64,000 nt of DNA, taken from NCBI GenBank assembly GCA_043803405.1, contig JAZDKB010000010.1:80686-144685 (forward strand), read 5' to 3'. This DNA is from Spirochaetota bacterium. Lineage in GTDB: Bacteria > Spirochaetota > UBA4802 > JAFGDQ01. Position numbers and translations under genes: made by a program. The notes below the pieces were generated by a model. It was not told where the DNA came from and did not search any database. It was given only the letters and a program-made list of their open reading frames with translations. Of this stretch, positions 1 to 12,202 are shown in pieces (positions within the stretch are counted from its first letter, which is position 1; the number at the start of each line of letters is the position of its first letter).

Positions 1-135
1 TGATGCTCCGCAAACCGGGCATGTCCAGTCGTCAGGAATGCTCTCAAATTTTGTCCCTGGTTTAACACCGTTATCCGGATCGCCCTTTTCCGGATCATAG
101 ATATAACCGCAAACTGCGCATTTGTATTTATTCAT
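1..135 (-). CDS. Rubredoxin (3' end runs off the window)
   Basis: Not in the ORF track. Manual translation gives [45 protein letters not shown], with two CxxCG motifs. AAGGAG RBS upstream. Confidence 0.95.
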   Translation of the reverse strand, partial: MNKYKCAVCGYIYDPEKGDPDNGVKPGTKFESIPDDWTCPVCGAS

Positions 136-205
136 ACCGATACTCCTTTTATTTTATAATTTTTTTCGAATTAATAAACTATTACAATAAATACCCGAAT
201 ATATA

Positions 206-1174
206 CTATAATTCTTTAATGAGATCAATTACATTTTTTTCTATGTTCTGTCTTAATTCGCGAATAAATTCCAGAGACTTACCTGCCGGATCCGGCAAGT
301 CCCAGTTAATGAGTTTTACACCCGGAATTAAAGGACAGGAAACATCGCAACCCATTGTAACAATAACATCAGGTTTGTTATTCATCAAAACTTCCTGAAC
401 TGATTTTGGACTGCGAAATGCCATATCAATACCTTTTTCAGCCATTATCTGAATCATATTACCGCTTATGCTTTCAGCAGGATTATCGCCGGCGCTAAGC
501 GCCTCAACTGTGCTTCCGGCATAATAAGCTGTGAACGCTTCCGACATCTGGCTGTGGAACGAATTGTCTTTACATACAAACAACAGTTTCTTTCTGTTTA
601 AATACGGCCTGATCAGCTCACGGGCTTTTTCTCTTGCTTCGTTAAGCGCACCCGGGTGCTTTGCAATATCGCCCGGCTCCTCAATCTGCCTGTATACAAG
701 GCTCCCTTTAAAGTTCGCTCCTACAGCATCAAAAAAATACTTAGCAGTAAGATTCAGCCCCTCGAATAAATTCTCGCCCTTTGTTGCTCCTAGAGCAAGT
801 AAAAAACCGCTTCTCCATTTTCTTCCGGGATCGTCAAGTTTCAGTTTATATTTGCGCGCCCATTGAGTCTGTGAGCGGTCGATAAGTGCCTTTAACTGTG
901 CAGGTACGCTGTAAAAAAAGACCGGGGTTGCCATAACTATCAGATCCGCCTTCCACAGAAGAGGATAAATCTCACTTTTCATGTCATCATAAATAGGACA
1001 AAAGCCCTGTGTCTCACAAACCTTGAGTTCTTTGCAAGGAATAATATTTTTTTTATCGACAGCAATAGTGTGAGTTATTGCGCCGTTTTTTTCCGCTTCT
1101 TCCATGAAGGCGGAAAGAAGAACGCTTGTATTCCCGTTTTTTCGCGGGCTTCCCAGCAATCCCAGAATAAACAT
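206..1174 (-). CDS. Iron-sulfur flavoprotein / NADPH-dependent FMN reductase fused to a C-terminal ArsC (LMW-PTP)-like domain
   Basis: N-terminal GSPRKNGNT, CKELKVCETQGFC and ATPVFFYSVPAQLKALIDR. C-terminal FVCKDNSFHSQMSEAF, SAG, VTMGC and WDLPDP are ArsC-fold motifs. Confidence 0.85.
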   Translation of the reverse strand: MFILGLLGSPRKNGNTSVLLSAFMEEAEKNGAITHTIAVDKKNIIPCKELKVCETQGFCPIYDDMKSEIYPLLWKADLIVMATPVFFYSVPAQLKALIDRSQTQWARKYKLKLDDPGRKWRSGFLLALGATKGENLFEGLNLTAKYFFDAVGANFKGSLVYRQIEEPGDIAKHPGALNEAREKARELIRPYLNRKKLLFVCKDNSFHSQMSEAFTAYYAGSTVEALSAGDNPAESISGNMIQIMAEKGIDMAFRSPKSVQEVLMNNKPDVIVTMGCDVSCPLIPGVKLINWDLPDPAGKSLEFIRELRQNIEKNVIDLIKEL

Positions 1175-1203
1175 AGTATTTGTCTTTTTATTAAGATTTA
1201 CAA

Positions 1204-1231
1204 GTAGAGACGTACAGTCGTGCGTCTCTAC
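1204..1231. repeat. 28-bp GTAG-type REP palindrome (copy 1)
   Basis: GTAGAGACGTACAGTCGTGCGTCTCTAC. Related copies at 34294-34321 and 37300-37327. Confidence 0.8.
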
Positions 1232-3465
1232 TTGTAAATCTTTATTCTATTAAGCCGCAGGCTGTTGCTCACAACGGTAATACTGCTGAGAGCCATGGCG
1301 AATGCAGCCATCATCGGATGCAGATGTCTCAGCATCTCCGGAACTGATTCAAAAGGATAAAGAGCGCCTGCTGCAATGGGAATAAGCGCTATATTGTAAA
1401 AGAATGCCCAGAACAGATTTTGTTTTATTGTCCGCATAGTTGCCCTTGAGAGCGCCATTGCCCTGGATACTCCTTTTAACGCACTCCCAACCAGAACAAT
1501 ATCAGCAGCTTCAATCGCTATATCAGTACCAGATCCGATTGCAATACCGACATTCGCCTGCGCAAGAGCGGGTGAATCATTTATTCCGTCGCCTACCATT
1601 CCAACCAGGCTGCCGGTTCCCTGCAATTCTTTTATTTTTCTGGCTTTTTCATCAGGAAGAACATCTGCGATTACCTCATCAATCCCAACACTGTCTGCAA
1701 TAATTTTAGCAGAATTATAATTATCCCCGGTAAGCATTGCAACATTCAGCTTTTGTCCATGCAGTTCAGCTATGGCATCAGCAGATTCAGGCTTTACTTT
1801 ATCCGAAAGTGCAATAATACCCGCCGGCTTGCCGTCAATGGCAATTACAATAACTGCTTTACCCTGATCCTGAAGCCAGGCAATTTTTTCAGTAAAATAT
1901 TTTAAATCAATATTTAATTCTTTAAACCATGCAGGTTTGCCTGCATAAATAATTTTTCCGTTTACAAAAGCCTGCACACCCATGCCACGAAACGCCTTAA
2001 ACCCATCAGCATCAAATATGCCCAATCCCCTCTCTTCCGCTTCTTTTACAATTGCCCTGCCGAGCGGGTGTTCCGATCCCTTCTCCACTGAAGCTGCGAG
2101 TTTAATTAATTCGTCATCATTACTCACAGGATCAGCAGTCATAATATCGGCTACAAAAGGCTGCCCTATTGTAACGGTTCCGGTTTTGTCAAAAACGATC
2201 GTGTCCAGCCTTGAAGCAATTTCGAGAGCCTCGCTGTTTTTAAAAAGAATGCCGTTCTCCGCGCCTTTGCCGGTGCCGGCCATAATCGCAGTAGGCGTTG
2301 CAAGCCCCAGGGCGCACGGACATGTTATCACAAGAACCGAAACCAGCCGAATCATGGCAGGCACAAATTCACCGGTAATTGCCCACCAGAATGCGAAAAC
2401 AACCAGCGCAACGCCAATCACAGAAGGAACAAACACAGCGGAAATTCTATCCGCAATCGATTGAATGGGCGCCTTGCTCCCCTGCGCTTCCTGAACAAGA
2501 TTTATTATCTGTGCAAGCGCAGTATCTTTCCCTACTTTAATAGCCTTAAACTTTAACACGCCGTCCAGATTTATTGTGCCTCCGGAAACCCGGTCGCCCT
2601 GCTTTTTATCCGCAGGAATCGGCTCGCCCGTAAGCATTGATTCATTTACAGCGGATTCGCCTTCGGTTATTATTCCGTCAACAGGGATTTTTTCTCCGGG
2701 CCTGACTATTATTATATCATTTATATGCAGTCCGGAAATCGGCGTCTCTATTTCTGCGCCGTCTGTAACAACAAACGCCGTCTTTGGCTGAAGCCCCATA
2801 AGTTTGCGTATAGCACCGCCCGTACGGCCTTTAGTTTTAACCTCAAGAATTTTTCCGAGTTTTATTAAAGTAATAATTACGGCAGCTGTTTCAAAATATA
2901 CGTGTTCCCCAAGCGAAGGATTGAGTAATAATGAAAGCGAATAAAAATACGCAACAGACGCCCCCATAGCAACAAGAACATCCATGTTCGCGCTGCCGTT
3001 GCGAATACTTTTAAAGCCTCCCTTATAATAGTCCCACCCTGTATAAAACTGTACAGGAGTAGCCAGAATAAAAAAAAGCCAGCTTACCCAGCAAGCGTGG
3101 CTCCAGTGACCGAATAAATTAAAATCCCTGCCCATGCTGAGAATAAAAAGCGGAAGCGTAAATATAATTCCCAGCAAAAATTTCCTGGTTTGATTTTTAA
3201 TCTCTTTTGTACGGGCGATGATTTCCAACTCATCGCCTTCTTCCGCATTCGGCTTAAGTGCGCCATAACCTGCTTTTTCTATTGCAGCTATCATGCCGTC
3301 AATGCTTACAACTTCGGGCGTATATTCGACAGATACCCGTTCGTTTGCAAAATTTACGGACGCACTGATAATTCCCGGAACTTTCTTAAGAGATCTCTCA
3401 ATATTCGCAGCGCAGTTAGCACACGTCATCCCGGTTACTGGAATAATTATCTTGTTCTCGGACAT
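1228..3465 (-). CDS. copA: Cu(I)-translocating P1B-type ATPase
   Basis: GMTCANC metal-binding domain, TGE, CPC, DKTGT, SEHP, GDGIND and YN...MALSS motifs. Confidence 0.95.
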   Translation of the reverse strand: MSENKIIIPVTGMTCANCAANIERSLKKVPGIISASVNFANERVSVEYTPEVVSIDGMIAAIEKAGYGALKPNAEEGDELEIIARTKEIKNQTRKFLLGIIFTLPLFILSMGRDFNLFGHWSHACWVSWLFFILATPVQFYTGWDYYKGGFKSIRNGSANMDVLVAMGASVAYFYSLSLLLNPSLGEHVYFETAAVIITLIKLGKILEVKTKGRTGGAIRKLMGLQPKTAFVVTDGAEIETPISGLHINDIIIVRPGEKIPVDGIITEGESAVNESMLTGEPIPADKKQGDRVSGGTINLDGVLKFKAIKVGKDTALAQIINLVQEAQGSKAPIQSIADRISAVFVPSVIGVALVVFAFWWAITGEFVPAMIRLVSVLVITCPCALGLATPTAIMAGTGKGAENGILFKNSEALEIASRLDTIVFDKTGTVTIGQPFVADIMTADPVSNDDELIKLAASVEKGSEHPLGRAIVKEAEERGLGIFDADGFKAFRGMGVQAFVNGKIIYAGKPAWFKELNIDLKYFTEKIAWLQDQGKAVIVIAIDGKPAGIIALSDKVKPESADAIAELHGQKLNVAMLTGDNYNSAKIIADSVGIDEVIADVLPDEKARKIKELQGTGSLVGMVGDGINDSPALAQANVGIAIGSGTDIAIEAADIVLVGSALKGVSRAMALSRATMRTIKQNLFWAFFYNIALIPIAAGALYPFESVPEMLRHLHPMMAAFAMALSSITVVSNSLRLNRIKIYK

Positions 3466-3472
3466 TATGGTT

Positions 3473-3679
3473 CTATTCAGCAGGCGGATAATTGATTTCC
3501 TTAAGCTTATCCATAATTGCCTTTAAAGAAGCCGGTGCATCCCAGCTTACCGTAATAGTCTTTGCATTCTGATCTCCCTCAACACCGGAAACACCCGTTA
3601 TCTCGCTTAATTCATTTTTTATTGTCATAACACAGTGCTTGCAGGAGATATTTGGAATTGTTAATTTTTTAGTTTCCAT
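3473..3679 (-). CDS. copZ: Copper chaperone (HMA domain)
   Basis: 68 aa with ISCKHC, directly upstream of copA. Confidence 0.9.
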   Translation of the reverse strand: METKKLTIPNISCKHCVMTIKNELSEITGVSGVEGDQNAKTITVSWDAPASLKAIMDKLKEINYPPAE

Positions 3680-3719
3680 TATATGCCTCCATTAGGAAAT
3701 GTAAAATTATTTTAAATAT

Positions 3720-4097
3720 TTATGCTTTCCACAAACCGTGGATATTACAGAATTCTCTTACCGTTACAATATCTTCTATGCCGCAGAATGAAGCTTCAGG
3801 CGCTTCACCAGGTTTAAGAAATTTCCGGCATACTTTGCCGTTAGATTGAATTACCTCTATCCATTCTATAAAATGTTTTTCTTCCATAGGATGTGCTACG
3901 GAACCTACTTTGACCGTAATATCTTTCCCGTTTTTATTTACTACAGGCACATGTTTTTCTTTTGCGGCATCTGTGGTATTTTCAGCAACAAGCGTCATCG
4001 GCTTTCCGCAGCACACTAATTGCCCCTCACAAGCATGAACTACTTCAATAATATTTCCGCAAATTTCACATTTATATATTTGATCTCTTTTAGTCAT
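3720..4097 (-). CDS. dfx: Desulfoferrodoxin (superoxide reductase)
   Basis: CEICGN and CCG desulforedoxin domain, EKHVP, HPM, HFIEWIE, CNIHGLW. Confidence 0.95.
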   Translation of the reverse strand: MTKRDQIYKCEICGNIIEVVHACEGQLVCCGKPMTLVAENTTDAAKEKHVPVVNKNGKDITVKVGSVAHPMEEKHFIEWIEVIQSNGKVCRKFLKPGEAPEASFCGIEDIVTVREFCNIHGLWKA

Positions 4098-4165
4098 AAA
4101 AATCTCCTATTACTTTTATAAATTATTTTTTGCAGCAACGCAACAAAAATCTTCTCCTTATTAAA

Positions 4166-4738
4166 TTAAAAAATATCCGCCATAATCTGAAAATATGCCT
4201 GAGGATGATCGCATGCCGGACATTTATCGGGCGCGCTGTCTCCTTCGTGAATGTAACCGCAGTTCCTGCATTTCCATTTTACTTTCTGATCTTTCCTGAA
4301 CAATGTCCCCTCTTTAAGATTTTTAAGCAGATCCAGATATCTTTTTTCATGATGTTGCTCTGCTATTGCGATTGCCCTGAAAACCCTTGCAATCTCGTTA
4401 AAACCTTCATCTTCTGCAATTTTAGCAAAGCCGGGGTACATCTCATACCATTCATAATGTTCACCTGCTGCCGCTTCTTTCAAATTAACCGCTGTATCCG
4501 AAATTATGCCTGCTGGAAAAGTTGCAGTTATTTCAGCCTCACCGCCCTCTAAAAATTTAAATTCTCTTTTTGCATGTTCCTTTTCCTGATCCGCCGAATC
4601 AAGAAATACTGCGGAAATCTGTTCATATCCTTCTTTTTTTGCCTTGGAAGCGAAATAAGTATAACGATTTCTTGCCTGTGATTCACCGGCGAATGCAGTT
4701 AATAAATTTTTTTCCGTTCTGGTACCTTTAATTTTCAT
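4166..4738 (-). CDS. rbr: Rubrerythrin
   Basis: [12 protein letters not shown], ExxH di-iron motifs and a C-terminal CRNCG...CPAC rubredoxin domain. Confidence 0.95.
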   Translation of the reverse strand: MKIKGTRTEKNLLTAFAGESQARNRYTYFASKAKKEGYEQISAVFLDSADQEKEHAKREFKFLEGGEAEITATFPAGIISDTAVNLKEAAAGEHYEWYEMYPGFAKIAEDEGFNEIARVFRAIAIAEQHHEKRYLDLLKNLKEGTLFRKDQKVKWKCRNCGYIHEGDSAPDKCPACDHPQAYFQIMADIF

Positions 4739-4848
4739 TTTCCCTACCTTTTAATTTAATTATTCTAATTAAATCGTTCATGGATTAATTAGTGTCTATT
4801 TAAATATTTAAAAAATCAAGTTATTTATTAAAGCAGATTAAAATTAAC

Positions 4849-4865
4849 TTTGTAATGATTACATT
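4849..4865. promoter_or_regulatory. Putative PerR/Fur-family operator upstream of rbr
   Basis: TTTGTAATGATTACATT with palindromic core TGTAAT-G-ATTACA. The identical 17-mer is at 5587-5603. Confidence 0.75.
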
Positions 4866-5044
4866 TATATAATTAGTACAAATTGCTGTCAATAAATAAA
4901 TATTTTTTAAAAAAATATTTCACTAAGGTATTGTATTTTTATGTATTAAAATTAAAAGATAAGATAATAAAATAAAATTTTTTCGGGGCAAATCTTTGGT
5001 TAAATAATAAAATCAAAAACTGTTTATATCGCTGTTTTAATTTG

Positions 5045-5452
5045 CTATTTTTGGCATGCCTTACATATTCCTTTAAAGAAAAGCTGGGTTTCTTTAATTA
5101 AATGACCTCCAATAGATTTGATATACAGCACCTTAGTATCCATTGGAACATCATATAATTGACCGCACACATTGCATTTGAAATGAGCGTGTTTTTCTAC
5201 TGAAGCATCGTATTTAACCTCATTGTCTTCAATTGTGATTGCCTGAACAATGCCCGAGTCCTGAAATGTTTTTAAAGTATTATAAACCGTTGTCTTTGAA
5301 AGGGTCGGGATGTCTCCGGAAATATCTTTGTATATAGTATCAACAGTAGGATGGTTCTTCATTTTTAAAAGATACTCAAGAATTTTCATTCGGTGAAGAG
5401 ATGGCTTAATAGTGTTTTCCGAGAGGATATTTTTAATTTCCGATGGTTTCAT
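5045..5452 (-). CDS. Fur-family transcriptional regulator, probably PerR-like
   Basis: HPTVDTIY, TVYNTL, HAHFKCNVCG and CKAC. Lies upstream of the peroxide/superoxide defence genes. Confidence 0.9.
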   Translation of the reverse strand: MKPSEIKNILSENTIKPSLHRMKILEYLLKMKNHPTVDTIYKDISGDIPTLSKTTVYNTLKTFQDSGIVQAITIEDNEVKYDASVEKHAHFKCNVCGQLYDVPMDTKVLYIKSIGGHLIKETQLFFKGICKACQK

Positions 5453-5586
5453 CTTAATAAGATTATTAGCTTAAAAATTATATATTACACAATATTATTA
5501 CGTATAATTCTATTATATATAACATTTTGGTTGGAATTGTCAATATTTTTAATGATAAATATAAAAATTTTTGAAATAATTTTGAT

Positions 5587-5603
5587 TTTGTAATGATTAC
5601 ATT
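5587..5603. promoter_or_regulatory. Putative PerR/Fur-family operator upstream of the regulator (autoregulation)
   Basis: TTTGTAATGATTACATT, identical to 4849-4865. Confidence 0.75.
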
Positions 5604-5707
5604 ATGTTTTTAAAGTAAAAGAACGCCATTTTAAAAAAAATATCTTTTGTTTTTCCGGATTCCGTATATAATTATAAATTAATATATTATTAATAAGGAT
5701 ATTTTTT

Positions 5708-6694
5708 ATGTTATTGAATCCGTTTACGGAATCAAATCTTCAAAATCTTCAAACTGGTATTTTAAAAATATCAGCCGATATATTCTGTCCCATACTCCAA
5801 ATTTTAAAAACCAAATGGGTTATGCTGGCAAAAAATGCCAGAGAGCAAATAACGATTATAATTGTCCCGCATAATGAAAAAAAAATTTTAAACTATAATT
5901 TACACATATATTCAATTATTACGATCGTAATAGTATTCATTTCGGGTTTAATATTTACTTCGGTCTCAATTATAAACTTTTCTTATACAAGCAAAAATGT
6001 CTCAAAATTGACCCTATATGATGCAAATTCAAAACTGCAAATCAAAGAATATAAAGAAGAAATAACCAAATTATATGACAAATTCCAGGAACTTAAATCC
6101 GGCATATCCTTGTTGTATTCAACAATAACCGAAGAAAATTCAAATTCACTGTGGGCAAAAGGAGGTGAATCAGCTTTAAATGCCGACGAATCATCCTCCC
6201 CGTCTATTGAAGAATTAAACATGAAAGAACTGGATCAGGAATTAAAAGCAAGCTTTGAAATTCTGGGAGAAATAAAAAATTATTTAAAAAATAAAAATAT
6301 TATTGAAAGCGCTCCGTCCATCAGACCGGTGATCGGTTACATATTATCTGAAGCTGAAATAAATACTCACAAGATCATCTATGATAAGGCAAATGTAAAA
6401 GGCGTTGCAATAGCCGCTTTCCCGGGGACAAAGATTCGGGCAACTGCGCCTGGTAAAGTTGAAGCTGTAGTTTGGGATAAATTATTAGGCATTAAAATAA
6501 CAATACGTCATAAATACGGCTTTTCCAGTATATTCTCGCACTGCCGGAATGTGATCGTCAAGCCGAATCAAAATGTTTCAAAAGGCGAAACTATCGGCTA
6601 CACGGGAAGTACCGGTTCGGCTGCAAAAGCAATTTGTTTTTATCAAATCAGGATTGGAAATGAATTTGTCAATCCACTCCCGTATATCAAATAA
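5708..6694 (+). CDS. Membrane-anchored M23 (LytM) family protein with a degenerate Zn site
   Basis: TM helix, coiled coil, then ATAPGKV, HKYGFSSIFSH, GETIGYTGSTG and VNPLPY. The HxxxD and HxH ligands are missing. Confidence 0.8.
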   Translation: MLLNPFTESNLQNLQTGILKISADIFCPILQILKTKWVMLAKNAREQITIIIVPHNEKKILNYNLHIYSIITIVIVFISGLIFTSVSIINFSYTSKNVSKLTLYDANSKLQIKEYKEEITKLYDKFQELKSGISLLYSTITEENSNSLWAKGGESALNADESSSPSIEELNMKELDQELKASFEILGEIKNYLKNKNIIESAPSIRPVIGYILSEAEINTHKIIYDKANVKGVAIAAFPGTKIRATAPGKVEAVVWDKLLGIKITIRHKYGFSSIFSHCRNVIVKPNQNVSKGETIGYTGSTGSAAKAICFYQIRIGNEFVNPLPYIK

Positions 6695-6728
6695 GATATT
6701 ATTTTAAATGTTATTATATTATTCGGAT

Positions 6729-7316
6729 TTATTTGCCTATCTTTTTACCAGAAAGCAGTTCCCATATTTCAGCAAAACCATATTTACGAGCATATACAAG
6801 AGCTGTATTACCGCTGTTGTCAACCATATTAGGGTCAGCACCCTTTTCAAATAACAGCTTTGCTATATCAAGATGACCATAATAAGCAGCGAGAATCAAA
6901 GGAGTTTTATTTGTATTTTCTGTAATATTTATATCTGCTTTATGATTTAACAATATCTTCACGATTTCACTATAATTATAGAATGCTGCTATATGAAGTG
7001 CTGTATATCCAATCTTACCGCCAGATTGTACTCCTCCTCCGGGTTGCCCGCTACTTAAATCTTTTATTTTAAAATTCGCGTCAGCACCATTATCCAATAA
7101 AAGCTCCATTACCCGGCTGTGATTATAATAGGATGCCCATAAAAGAGGTGTCCATCCATTTTGATCCACTGAATTAACATTGTCTCCTTTTTTGATCAAG
7201 TCATCTGCCATTATGAGGTTACCGTCTTTTGCGGCCTTGTGTAAACTTGAACAACTTATAAAAGTTAAAAATATTAATAAAACAATAAGGTAAGAATATA
7301 AGGATTTAATTTTCAT
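6729..7316 (-). CDS. Ankyrin-repeat lipoprotein
   Basis: Signal peptide ending LTFISC. GWTPLLWA, GYTALHIAA, TPLILAA and GNTALVYA repeats. Confidence 0.9.
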   Translation of the reverse strand: MKIKSLYSYLIVLLIFLTFISCSSLHKAAKDGNLIMADDLIKKGDNVNSVDQNGWTPLLWASYYNHSRVMELLLDNGADANFKIKDLSSGQPGGGVQSGGKIGYTALHIAAFYNYSEIVKILLNHKADINITENTNKTPLILAAYYGHLDIAKLLFEKGADPNMVDNSGNTALVYARKYGFAEIWELLSGKKIGK

Positions 7317-7397
7317 AAAATTATCCTTTAAAATAATTTAAAATTTATGTAAAAATAATATTCTGGCTTTTTACTCAATTAATAAAATAATAAAAAA

Positions 7398-7592
7398 TTA
7401 CTTAACCCGCTTGATAGTTTTATTTGATATCATATCCATAAGCTCTTTTAAAAGCGCCTTTTCAATTTTATCAATAACTCCGTCTTCCTGGGACAAACGG
7501 ATTATTTCCTCATATTCCGCCTGAGTTACTTGCTGATCGTCAATGGCTTTTTTTATGACATCTTTAAGCTCTTTACCGTTATTTGTCTTCAT
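7398..7592 (-). CDS. Small hypothetical protein
   Basis: 64-aa ORF with a GAGG RBS and plausible helical composition. Confidence 0.65.
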   Translation of the reverse strand: MKTNNGKELKDVIKKAIDDQQVTQAEYEEIIRLSQEDGVIDKIEKALLKELMDMISNKTIKRVK

Positions 7593-7681
7593 AATAAATA
7601 CCTCGAGTAGTTTTTATAAATTTATAAAAATTATTAACATCGAAATTGTCAATATTTTTTTATTGTTTTAGTGAAGCATGG

Positions 7682-8185
7682 TTAAGCAGAAATATTCAGA
7701 ATATTAAGTATTTCGGACGGTGAATTAGATACTATTATTTTTTTTCTTATATCTTCGTTTTTTAAAACCGTCATTATTTTTGAAAGCAGTTTTAAATATT
7801 CCTTATGCTGATCTTCCCCTGCTGCAACAAGTACTATCATATAAACAGGCTCGCCGTCAATCGCGTTAAAATCAATTCCGTTTTCCGAGATACCTATAGC
7901 AAAAGAGATTTTTTTTACCGTAGTTATTTTTGCATGCGGAATTGCAATACCAAGGCCTATACCTGTGGTCATTATCTCTTCTCTTTCAATAAGAGCGGCA
8001 GTCAGCGACTCGATATCGTTGCATACATCTGTATCTTTAAATACGCCGGCTACCTCTTCAATTGCTTTAAGCTTATCTTCTGATTTTATTTTAATTATAT
8101 ATTTTTTATCCGTATAGTCTGAAAGATCACCCATCAATAATTTCTCCGGCAAATTTTGTCTTTGTATAATTAATTCCTTTGACAA
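7682..8185 (-). CDS. PTS IIA (fructose/nitrogen-regulatory type) domain protein; true start may be the internal ATG near 8134
   Basis: EREEIMTTGIGLGIAIPHA, GIDFNAIDGEPV, HKEYLKLLS. Confidence 0.9.
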   Translation of the reverse strand: MSKELIIQRQNLPEKLLMGDLSDYTDKKYIIKIKSEDKLKAIEEVAGVFKDTDVCNDIESLTAALIEREEIMTTGIGLGIAIPHAKITTVKKISFAIGISENGIDFNAIDGEPVYMIVLVAAGEDQHKEYLKLLSKIMTVLKNEDIRKKIIVSNSPSEILNILNISA

Positions 8186-8296
8186 AATATTATTATAGCT
8201 TAATTACTTTCAAGTAATAAATATTTAATTTATAAATCAATTTAAATTTTATCCGGCTTACTTTCGAAAATTGAACAAAAAAAAAGAGACTGCTAT

Positions 8297-9097
8297 ATGA
8301 AAAAATATGTTCATGGCTACTCGGACAGAGAATCAAAAAGACTGCAGGATCAGGCAAACACGCTGGACGAACTGCTGCACCATGATTCTGTTTTCCCGGC
8401 GAACAGTAAAATACTGGAAGCAGGCTGCGGCGTAGGTTCCCAAATAAAAATTATTGCTCCTAAAAATCCTTTATGCAGTTTTACTTCGATCGATATATCC
8501 GAAACTTCGCTTGAAAAAGCAAAAAAATTAGCCCAGTCATTAAACATAAAAAATGCCGAATTTCGGATGGGCGATATTTTTAATTTAACATTTAAAGAAG
8601 AATCCTTTGATCATATCTTTGTTTGTTTTGTTCTTGAACATCTGCCCGATCCTTTGAAGGCGCTGCAAAAATTAAAAAAAGTATTACGGGTAGGCGGGAC
8701 AATTACCGTGATTGAAGGCGACCACGGTTCAGCTTATTTTTATCCTAAAAGTGAAGCCGCACAAAAAGCCATTAACTGCCAGGTGCGTTTACAGGCAATG
8801 CATGGCGGCAATGCTTTAATTGGCAGAGAAATTTATCCGCTTCTTACCCGCGCCGGGTTCAAAGATTGCATTGTTTCCCCAAGGATGGTCTATGTTGATT
8901 CCAGCAGGCCGTTTTTCGTTGAAGGCTTTACAAAGAATACTTTTACAGCCATGATTGAAGGTGTGGAAAAGGATGCCCTGGAGAATTCTCTTATAACCAA
9001 AGAGGAATGGGATCAGGGAATAAAAGACCTGCACCGCACTGCCGGGAAAGACGGCGTGTTTTGCTATACTTTTTTTAAAGGAAAAGCGGTTAACTAA
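8297..9097 (+). CDS. Class I SAM-dependent methyltransferase
   Basis: ILEAGCGVG motif I and FDHIFVCFVLEHLPDP. Confidence 0.9.
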   Translation: MKKYVHGYSDRESKRLQDQANTLDELLHHDSVFPANSKILEAGCGVGSQIKIIAPKNPLCSFTSIDISETSLEKAKKLAQSLNIKNAEFRMGDIFNLTFKEESFDHIFVCFVLEHLPDPLKALQKLKKVLRVGGTITVIEGDHGSAYFYPKSEAAQKAINCQVRLQAMHGGNALIGREIYPLLTRAGFKDCIVSPRMVYVDSSRPFFVEGFTKNTFTAMIEGVEKDALENSLITKEEWDQGIKDLHRTAGKDGVFCYTFFKGKAVN

Positions 9098-9167
9098 TTA
9101 GTATTATTCCTGTACCACCTGAGCTGCCCTTTTTGAAGCCCCCTTAGGGAATCTGTTACAGATTTTA

Positions 9168-9524
9168 TTATTGTTTTAACCGAATGGTTACTGCATTACA
9201 TGAAATGTTTCCAACAAGCTTTTCCCAGCCATTATTATTAATTTGTCCGATATGTTCAACCTGCCATGCCGGTCTCTGACCGAAAAAAATACAGAAGTAA
9301 TTGCCTCTGTTTGTATAAGCAATGCCTCCGGAAGGAATATCAGGTACCGGCTTTTCTTCACCAAGATCTATTCCGATTGAACCATATAATTCATTTCCCC
9401 ACTTCTCAAGATTTATTCGATAAGGCAATTTCCCAGCAAAGCTATCTGCCACCGATGTGTTAAAAAGTTCTGCCTCAAGAACTATTGATCCGAAATCCAG
9501 AATAATCTGTTTCTTCTGTATCAT
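9168..9524 (-). CDS. Cyclophilin-like fold protein
   Basis: LPY...WGNELYG, GGIAY and FCIFFG resemble the TM1367-type cyclophilin-like family. Confidence 0.7.
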   Translation of the reverse strand: MIQKKQIILDFGSIVLEAELFNTSVADSFAGKLPYRINLEKWGNELYGSIGIDLGEEKPVPDIPSGGIAYTNRGNYFCIFFGQRPAWQVEHIGQINNNGWEKLVGNISCNAVTIRLKQ

Positions 9525-9651
9525 TTCCTGGTTTATCCTATGCAGATTAATATCCGGTTACATAACATGCCGGTTCAGCAGCGGTAATGCGCCGTCTCCC
9601 GGAACCGGTTGTTAGATGAACTTTTTTCTTCTCTTTCAGAAGATACTGTTC

Positions 9652-11877
<2,226 letters not shown>

Positions 11878-12202
11878 TCAAAAAACAAAAAAGATATGTA
11901 CCGCAGGTGTGAACGCAGGAATTGAGAATCATATTAGCGGAACAACTCCACAAAACTTATTGAAGTAAAAATTGTAAGATACATCTGACAGTATATTTTG
12001 TCAGGTACATTTTAATCACAAAAGAATTTCCTTACTGTAAAATATGCCATTTCTAAAATCATATATTATTATTATACGTCGCAAACAGAAATCCAGTATA
12101 CGGACATATATGTACAACATCATATTTTATTAGACTTTAATATTCTAAAAATCTCAAATACTTTTTAAAATAATTTCAAAATTATTTTAACCGGCCTGGT
12201 TT

